Positions 55,612 to 64,000 of a stretch of 64,000 bases of DNA are shown in pieces; position 1 is the stretch's first letter, and each line of letters opens with the position of its first letter. Source of the stretch: Centroscyllium fabricii (taxonomy: Eukaryota). Below the pieces are notes generated by a model. That model did no database searches. It was not told the origin of the DNA and saw only the letters and a program-made list of their open reading frames with translations. The DNA lies in assembly GCA_051313645.2 (NCBI GenBank), contig JBNRSN020000026.1, positions 48,484,001 to 48,548,000 on the forward strand. The letters are read 5' to 3'. Both the position numbers and the translations under genes were made by a program.

Positions 55612-58600
55612 TCTGTACCTGGGGGTATTAGTGCATGAATCACAAAAAGTTAGTATGCAGGTGCAGCAAGTGATTAGGAAGGCCAATGGAGTCTTAGCCT
55701 TTATTGCTAGGGGGATAGAGTATAAAAGCAGGGAGGTCTTGCTGCAGCTGTACACAGTATTGGTGAGACCGCATTTGGAATACTGTGTGTCACAGGGGGC
55801 CTGTTCCTTTAAGAATGAAGAACAGTTTTTGCTGTGCTTCACAGCTGTTTTGAGGACTGGGTTTCCCTGTTATGTCGTTAATTATTCTATTATCTGTCTA
55901 TTGCTAGTTGTGTCCTGCTCTCATTGCCTCCAAGTTATTGGCTATCACCAAAGGGTTTGCTTGCTGGTTTTAGTTCATAAACTGGAGGTAGGCTTGAGAG
56001 CAGCGCGGGATCATTGTATTGTATGGTATGGTATGGTATTGTATTACTGAACTGGACTTCTACCACACATTCTTCAGGCCACTGGACGAGGTGGTTACTG
56101 CTGCTGTGCTGAGTGGCCGTCAGAGGCAAGGAGGTTTGGAGATCGACTGACTCAGCCTTTACTTTGCACTCTGCTATTTCAGGTGCTCAGGCTGAGTTGC
56201 CCGACAGGGGCATTGGGGTGGAACTCATATCACTCTGCCTTGACAGTGCGCCCTGCTATCGGGAACCCAGCAATGGACAACTCATATGTGGAGTAAGGGC
56301 GTTCCCCTGCTTGTGGATCTGAATCCACTACTTGGACATTCGTTTTCTGTTTCATCCGAACCCAGGTTTGGACATTGGATACCTGTATGCAGAAGCTGTT
56401 CCCAAATCCTCTACGAAGTATTTGGATTGTGATGTCCTACTCGCAGAGGAGAACTTGTTCGTTTCTCTTTAAGTATTTGGATTGTGATGTCCTGCTTCTA
56501 GAGGAGAGCTCGTTTAAGTTGGACAGTTATGCCTGGACTTGTATTCCTCGGGAGAATGACGCGCTTGGTTGCGTGGCACCCCTCTATCCATTACTCACTA
56601 TTTTGGGAAGTCTGTGCCAGTCTTTAGATAAGACTTGTGTCCAATATGTTTCTTATATAATTGTATGTTTATGCTATTTTATGGGGTTGTGTAATAAAGG
56701 AGTTTAGTTATAAAGGACGTTTCAGTGTCTCTGCATTTGGACCCCGCCCTCATTCCGTTTACACCATTCCGTTACAGAATGATCCCGCCAAATTTGGGGC
56801 TCAGCAGACACTGTAGCGTCTAAGCACTCCTTAAAATTTTTTTTTTGTAGACTGTTGTCTCTTCTCTGTACCCTCCGCCCACCCTATTTCGGCATATTGG
56901 GTATTTGGGCCGTCGCCGTCGGCCCTTAACGGGGGGGTCCTGTCACAGGGGGCCTGTTCCTTTAAGAATGAAGAACAGTTTTTGCTGTGCTTCACAGCTG
57001 TTTTGAGGACTGGGTTTCCCTGTTATGTCGTTAATTATTCTATTATCTGTCTATTGCTAGTTGTGTCCTGCTCTCATTGCCTCCAAGTTATTGGCTATCA
57101 CCAAAGGGTTTGCTTGCTGGTTTTAGTTCATAAACTGGAGGTAGGCTTGAGAGCAGCGCGGGATCATTGTATTGTATGGTATGGTATTGTATTACTGAAC
57201 TGGACTTCTACCACACATTCTTCAGGCCACTGGACGAGGTGGTTACTGCTGCTGTGCTGAGTGGCCGTCAGAGGCAAGGAGGTTTGGAGATCGACTGACT
57301 CAGCCTTTACTTTGCACTCTGCTATTTCAGGTGCTCAGGCTGAGTTGCCCGACAGGGGCATTGGGGTGGAACTCATATCACTCTGCCTTGACAGTGCGCC
57401 CTGCTATCGGGAACCCAGCAATGGACAACTCATATGTGGAGTAAGGGTGTTCCCCTGCTTGTGGATCTGAATCCACTACTTGGACATTCGTTTTCTGTTT
57501 CATCCGAACCCAGGTTTGGACATTGGATACCTGTATGCAGAAGCTGTTCCCAAATCCTCTACGAAGTATTTGGATTGTGATGTCCTACTCGCAGAGGAGA
57601 ACTTGTTCGTTTCTCTTTAAGTATTTGGATTGTGATGTCCTGCTTCTAGAGGAGAGCTCGTTTAAGTTGGACAGTTATGCCTGGACTTGTATTCCTCGGG
57701 AGAATGACGCGCTTGGTTGCGTGGCACCCCTCTATCCATTACTCACTATTTTGGGAAGTCTGTGCCAGTCTTTAGATAAGACTTGTGTCCAATATGTTTC
57801 TTATATAATTGTATGTTTATGCTATTTTATGGGGTTGTGTAATAAAGGAGTTTAGTTATAAAGGACGTTTCAGTGTCTCTGCATTTGGGCCCCGCCCTCA
57901 TTCCGTTTACACCATTCCGTTACAACTGTGTGCAGTTTTGGTGTCCATACTTAAGAAAGGATGTACTTGCCCTGGAGGCAGTGCAGAGAAGGTTTACACG
58001 GTTAATTCCAGCGATGAGGGGGTTGACATATGAGGAAAGGTTAAGTAGGTTGGGACTCTACTCTTTAGAGTTCAGAAGAATGAGAGGCGATCTTATTGAA
58101 ACGTATAAGATCGTGAGGGGCCTTGATCGGGTGGATGCGCCAAGGATGTTTCCAATGATCGGGGAGACTAGAACTAGGGGGCATAGTCTTAGAATAAGGG
58201 GGGTGCTCTTTTAAAACTGAGATGAGGAGAAACTTCTTCACCCAGAGGGTGGTTAATCTATGGAATTCACTGCCTTAGGGAGCTGTGGAAGCGGGAACAT
58301 TAAATAAATTTAAAACCGAAATAGACTGTTTTTTAGCAGACAAGGGAATTAGGGGTTACGGGGAGCAGGCAGGGAAGTGGACCTGAGTTATGGTTAGTAT
58401 AGTGAGACCTGAGTGATCTCCTGGACAAGTTTCGATCGCCTGGATTGGGGTCGGAGAGGAATTTCCCGGATTTTTTTCCCAAATTGGACCTGGGTTTTTA
58501 TCCGGTTTTTCGCCTCTCCCAGGAGATCACACGGTTCTTTGGGTGGGAGAAGGGTGATAGTGGTACGAAGGTTAGGGTAGGATCAGCAATGATCTTGATG

Positions 58601-58806
58601 GGTGAGGGGGCGGGCTCGGGGGGCCGATTGGCCTACTCCTGCTCCTATTTATGGGGTTCTTGTGTTCTTGTGTTCCTGTGTTCTTGTGTCTTCTGTTCTT
58701 GTGTTCTTGTGTTCAGCCATGAGCGAATTGAATGGCGGTGCAGGCTCGACGGACCGAATGGTCTTCTCCTGCACCTATTTTCTATGTTTCTATGTTTCTA
58801 TGTTTC
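55612..58806 (+). mobile_element. CR1 LINE 3' fragment with long structured 3' UTR, split by an LTR element
   Basis: RPHLEYC | CVQFWCPYLRKD joins across 55788-57924. Confidence 0.9.
55788..57924 (+). mobile_element. Non-autonomous LTR retrotransposon: two ~0.99-kb LTRs and a 164-bp non-coding interior
   Basis: LTRs 55788-56776 and 56941-57924 (2 substitutions and one 5-bp indel seen), TGTCAC…GTTACA ends, PBS-like 56777-56791, G-rich PPT, 6-bp TSD ACTGTG. Confidence 0.95.
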
Positions 58807-58959
58807 CCCTATCCATTGCACCTGGGTAATGAATGTTCCCCAGGTGTTATGAAGAGAACTATTGAAGCCAACAACTCAATCTATGGAAAGAGTGGAGCTC
58901 CAATTTGAGTTACAAAAACCAGATCTCACAATCTGATGCTCCAACATAATATTCCACTC

Positions 58960-60680
58960 TGATCTCTCTGTCCCTGGCCTCTTACATTGTTCCTCAGAAG
59001 CTCAGCGTAAACTCGAGGAACAACACCTCATCTTCTGAGTAGGCACTTTGCAGCCCTCCGTACTCAGTATCGAGTTCAACAATTTCAGATCATTTTTTTT
59101 TAATCCATTGATGGGATGTGGCCTAGCTAGGCCTGCATTTAGTGCCCATCCCTAATTGCCCTTGAGAAGATGGTGGTGAGCCGCCTTCTTGAACCACTGC
59201 AGTCCATGTGGTGTAGGTACACCCACAATGTTGTTAGGAAGGGAGTTCCAGGATTTTGGCCCAGCGCCAGTGAAGGAGTGGCGATACAGGTCCAAGTCAG
59301 GATGGTGTGTGGCTTGGAGGGGAACTAGTAGGTGGTGCTGTTCCCATGCATCTGCTGCCCTTGTCCTTCTAAGTGGTAGAGGTCGTGGGTTTGGAAGGTG
59401 CTGTTGAAGGAGCTTTGGCGAGTTGCTGCAGTGCATCTTGTAGATGGTACACACTGCAGCCACAGTGCACTGGTGGTGCAGGGAGTGAATGTTGAAGGTG
59501 GTGGATGGAGTGCCAATCAAGCAGCCTGTTTTATCCTAATGGTGTCGAGCTTCTTGAGTGTTGTTGGAGCTGCACTCATCCAGGCAAGTGGAGAGTATTC
59601 CATCACACTCCTGACTTGTGCCTTGTAGATGGTGGAAAGGCTTTGGGGAGTCAGGAGGTGAGACACTCGCCACAGAATTCCCAGCCTCTGGCCTGATCTT
59701 GTAGCCACAGTATTTATATGGATGGTTCAGTTCAGTTTCCGATCAATGGTAACCCCCCAGGATGTTGATAGTGGGGGATTCAGCGATGATAATGCCATTG
59801 AATGTCAAGGGCAGATGGTTAGAGTCTCACTTGTTGGAGATGGTCATTGCCTGGCACTTGTGTGGTGCGAATGTTACTTGCCACTTGTCAGCCCAAGTCT
59901 GAATGTTGTCCAGGTCTTGCTGCATATGGACACGGACTGCGTCAGTATCTGATGAGTCTCGAATGGTGCTGAACAGTGTGCAATCATTAGCGAACATCCC
60001 CACTTCTGACCTTATGATGGTGGGAAGGTCATTGATGAAACAGCTGAAGATGGTTGGGCCTAGGACACTGCCCTGAGGAACTCCTGCAGTGATGTCCTGT
60101 GGTTGAGATGAATGACCTCCAACAACCACAGCCAACTTCCTTTGTGCTAGGTATGATTCCAACCAATGGAAAGTTTTCCCCTTGATTCCCATTGACTTCA
60201 GCTTTACCAGGGTTCCTTGATGCCACACTCGATCAAATGCTGCCTTGATGTCAAGGGCAGTCACTCTCACCTCACCATAACTTCGGCCCCCATTAAATGT
60301 TTACCTATTTATATCCACACCTTTTATTTGGCCTTTTGTTTCTCTCTCTCTCTCTCGTGGCAGCCACCTCCCATTTTGCCAGTGCTTTTCACACCTAATC
60401 TACAGCTGTCTCCTGTCCACAGCCCCATCAGCATATTGTCTCACTTTGAATACCTCTTAATGTCTTTTCTCATTGGTTCTCTCGTCTCTTTTGTTTTCTC
60501 TTTCCTTTTGTTCTCTCCCAGCTCCCCCGGCTTCTCACCTGTTTCATTTCCTTGCTTTAGTCTTGACAAAGGGTCCTAACCCGAAACGTCAACTCTATAT
60601 TTCTCTCCACTGATGTTGCCTGGCCTGCTGAATTTTTCCAGCATTTTCTGTTGTTATTTTGGATTCCGCAGTATTTTGCT
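58960..60680 (+). mobile_element. Penelope-like element 3' part split by a LINE
   Basis: RKLEEQHLIF.VGTLQP..LSIEFNNF at 58980-59090 (GIY-YIG C-terminus). The pseudo-LTR at 60278-60680 has a decayed core TTGACAAAGGGTCCTAACCCGAAACGTC. Confidence 0.7.
59095..60277 (-). mobile_element. LINE family B 3' fragment
   Basis: ALDIKAAFDRVWH and GVPQGSVLGP; tail with poly(A). Confidence 0.9.
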
Positions 60681-60897
60681 ATCGTATAATATAAAATAAG
60701 ATTTTCTTATTGAGCCTCCAACTGCGCAGATGTTGGGCAGTGCATAATTAATTTCCGCCTAACTGTTGGTGTGCTGATCTGGGATAGATCCTGCTAGGAA
60801 CTTCACAATTAGTCTCATTTACATGGAGTTAGGGAGCTCCTCACATCAAGAAGAACTGTTCTGTTGTTGAGAAATTGTGTGCTGCTGCAGATTGTAC

Positions 60898-61373
60898 AGG
60901 AAAACTCTCCGTTAGTTGTTGGAGGCCAATCATCGCAGCCCCAGGACATTGCTGTAGGAGTTCCTCAGGATAGTGTCCTAAGCCCAACCAACTTAAGCTC
61001 CTTCATCAATGACCTTTCAATGAACCTTTACTCCCTCCACCACCAGCGTACCGTGGCTGCAGTGTGTACCATCCACAAGATGCATGGCAACATCTCGCCA
61101 AGGCTTCTTTGGCAGCACCTCCCAAACCCGCGACCTCTACCACCTAGAAGGACATGGGAACACCATCACTTCTAAATTCCTCTCCAAGTCACACACCATC
61201 CAAATTTGGAAATCCTGGAGCTCCCTCCCTAACAGCACTGTAGAACTACCTTCACCACACAAACTGCAGTGGTTCAAGAAGGCAGCTCACCACCACCTTC
61301 TCAAGGGCAATTATGGATGGGCAATAAATGTTGGCCTTGCCAGTGATGCCACATCCCATGAACGGATAAAAAT
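60898..61373 (+). mobile_element. LINE family B fragment with internal deletion
   Basis: GVPQDSVL joined to HHQRTVAAVC; same tail. Confidence 0.8.
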
Positions 61374-61764
61374 GACCAACTTTTCTCTTTTGTATTCTTA
61401 TACAGTTTTGACAAGTTCAACTTTCTCTAGTATGTCTAATTGAAATCCTAGATACTTATTGATTGATTGAGCATGCAACATTGTCTCTACAGCAAGAAAA
61501 ACATTAGCTTTATTGAATGGTTCCTATTAACTTGTTAAAAACATGTGCATTGGTCCAAGCTGGTAGTAAGGTGTCCTATAGATACTTTTGAACTAAAATC
61601 ACTTGACCACCTCTATTGGCAAGTTTATAATCATGTAATAAAAGAATGTTAAACTCTTCCCATTAAACTTTATAGGAGTGGGGCTATTGGCCTAGATTTT
61701 TCCATTCAAAATCAAATAGGTTAATGACGACATTAAATACAGTATCAGCATCAGTTTGGCTCAG

Positions 61765-62300
61765 TTGGTTATTGTTGTTTCGTGTGAGTAGAAAAGCTTA
61801 TAATGCGATGCCTAGTTTGGCTATCCCTTCGATGGGCCCCTGAGAGAAATGAGGTGCTTCTCGCCACAGATCTCAGTGAGCAGATTGACGTGATGTGTTC
61901 CATGGACTGTGACTCATGGCCACAGTCACACTTCGGGTCGTTCCTCATCTTCCACTTGTGCGGATTGGGTTGAGCGCTGTCCACTGTCTTTGAGGGAGGT
62001 CGAAGCCAGGGACCTCTGCTGTTGGGTCAGTGATGAGGTGCCAGTTCTTTATGTTGCATGCGTCCCATGATTCCATGCATCTGGATAGTAGGTCGATATT
62101 AGCAACATGAATATTGGCTGCTGTTTCCCAGAATGACTGGCGTGATTTTAAGCGCTTTCGTGGTGTGTTTTTCAAGTCTTTGTGAATGGGAAGGTTGATG
62201 TTTCATGATTTATTCCATCTCATGGAGCATGGTGGCTTTGCGGTGAATGGTAGGCGGGGCGATGTGGGACAGCACTGGGAGGGCTACTCAGTTGGAGTGT
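61765..62300 (-). mobile_element. Vingi/Ingi-like non-LTR retrotransposon 3' fragment
   Basis: LPVLSHIAPP, RLKSR, PGFDLPQRQWTALN..RT and a C-terminal CDCG…QSMEHITSIC zinc knuckle. Confidence 0.6.
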
Positions 62301-62304
62301 CCTT

Positions 62305-63492
62305 GAGCTCAGTTGTCAGCACTCCTGCCACTGAATCATAGGCTATGAATTCAAACCACATTCCAGAATTTGAGCGCATAATTTAGGCTGACACTTCAAA
62401 ACAATGGCCCAGAAATTCCGATCCCAATGCCTGAGTACGTGCTGGGTACTCATCCATGGGCCCATCCAAAGTGCCGGTTTCATGCATGCACAGCGCATGC
62501 ACGCGAAACCGGCACTTCCGATCCCCTGACAGAAGGGGTCAGGGGTCGGAATGCGTGCGCGTGAGCGGCAGCGCGTGCGTAATGGACTTCCGATTTTTTT
62601 TACAGTTCTGTGTGCGGGTAAGTAAGGAGAAAGATACGGCTGATATCTTCAAGCGCAAAGAGTGGTTTTCAGAAGGTAAGTGGTGAATTAATCCAATTTA
62701 AAACATTTTTACCACAGGTTTTTTATTTTTAAATACTTTAAAGAAAGGTAAGTTTATTTTTAGCCCCGTTAACTATTTTTTTCAAAACATTTTATTTTTG
62801 TTTAAAATAGCTAATTTATGTAATTGATAGTTATTTTAAAAAATGTGATTTAAAAAAAAAATTATTTGAAGATTTACTGAGGTTTTAAGGCTTGTAGTAT
62901 TCATAAGTTTGACAGGTCTTCCTGTCAAACTTATGAATGGAGCATTCTGTGCTCCGATTGGCTCTCCGTGGCCCACGTGATCCCGCGCGATCCCTCACAC
63001 CATCTTCGCAGCTGGGATCCGGGAGCGCGGCGCGCCGGCAGTTCAGGGAGGCCCCGCATCGGAATTCCATGCGGGGGCCACAGCTCAACGGCCGGTGCGC
63101 TAGGTAAGTGCAGGTTGGAGGCTTGCACACGTGGGAAGCCTCCGACCCGAATTTCTGGCCCAATACTGAAATGGTACTACACTGTTGGAGGTGATGTCTT
63201 TTGGATAAGATGTTTAACTAAGGACTTGTCTGCCTGTTCCAATAGTTTAGGTGGATGCGAAAGAACTTATGGTATTATTTGAAGAAAATTAAGACATTCT
63301 CCTAGATAACAACCAGCATCTCCAAAACCAGGTTAACTGGCCATTCATCTTATTGATTATTTGTGGTACCTTGCTGTGTGGAAATAGGTGGCCGCATTTG
63401 CCTACATAACAACAATGACTGGATTTCAAAAAAGTTATTTCGTTGTGACATCCCGAGAACGAAAAAGATACAATCTAAATGCAAGTTCTTTC
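62305..63492 (+). mobile_element. Old Deu-domain SINE split by a Harbinger MITE
   Basis: Head 62305-62405 and body 63162-63492 join at AAT; tail AAATGCAAGTTCTTT. Confidence 0.65.
62406..63161 (+). mobile_element. Harbinger-type MITE (intact copy)
   Basis: TIR GGCCCAGAAATTC / GAATTTCTGGCCC and TSD AAT. Confidence 0.9.
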
Positions 63493-64000
63493 ATTATATA
63501 TAAGTGACACTATTTGGAGCAGTTAATTCCACTTAATTGTCATGCTTTCTAAGTATATATCTATTCAGCAGCAACAACTGTTACCGTTATAGTCCAATGT
63601 TTTCCACTGAAATGTGCAGAGGATGAACCGAAGCCATGTCAAATTCCCATTAGCAAGACAGCTAATCTCGCATGTGCTGTATTACTCTAAGATGGCCTGG
63701 ATGCACCAAGAAGTCACTCTTGAATCCCCATATTTATTTGGCTTTGCTCTAAAGATGATTCTGTAATATTTTCTGATTCTATCCTGCATTCTCCTTGTTG
63801 TTTGACAAATTCATGTAACCGACTGATTATTTTCTTGCCGTTGATATGAGACACTAACCTAGAGGATACAGTGAATGTGGCCCAAGGTTTTGTGCCCTTA
63901 GTGTTGGTGACTGAATGATTTAAGCTGGGTTTGTTCAGCTTTTAGGAGTTAAAAATTAAAAAATGTAAGCAGTTGTAATACAGTGCAACATAGATGTAAT

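Noticed and set aside
56793-56803. TTTGGGGCTC as a tRNA-Pro PBS
   Set aside because: Not adjacent to the LTR, and the match ends after a few bases. It is better explained as the U5-pairing arm.
56113-57855. Duplicated 69-110 aa ORFs in the long LTRs
   Set aside because: Non-ATG starts in the sequence and no recognisable motifs; identity simply reflects LTR duplication.
55788-57924. ~1-kb direct repeat as a tandem duplication or assembly artefact
   Set aside because: TG…CA ends, PBS, PPT, TSD and small differences between copies show it is an LTR element.

Overview
Eukaryotic, vertebrate genomic DNA, most likely from a cartilaginous fish (shark/ray). This is inferred from HE1/V-type SINEs sharing tails with CR1 LINEs, Deu-domain SINEs and Penelope remnants. 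The window is intergenic or intronic and mostly deeply nested transposable elements: CR1, L2, Rex1 and Vingi-like LINE fragments; tRNA- and 5S-derived SINEs; PIF/Harbinger elements (transposase plus Myb/SANT) and their MITEs; Tc1/pogo-type MITEs; Penelope remnants with minimal hammerhead cores; and several Ty3/Gypsy LTR elements. No prokaryotic features and no confidently nameable host gene were found; one RFX X-box/CRE/CCAAT promoter candidate lies near 2.95 kb. The most notable signal is tRNA-independent priming. A recent Tf1/sushi-type chromovirus (16234-21818) and a coding-free element with ~1 kb LTRs and a 164-bp interior (55788-57924) both have 11-nt PBS:5'-end duplexes that differ by compensatory changes. 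A second Gypsy lineage (25292-30036, RT motif YLDN) has a PBS-position sequence complementary to its own poly(A)-signal region. All alignments and counts were done by eye, and family names come from recalled consensus motifs, not database searches.
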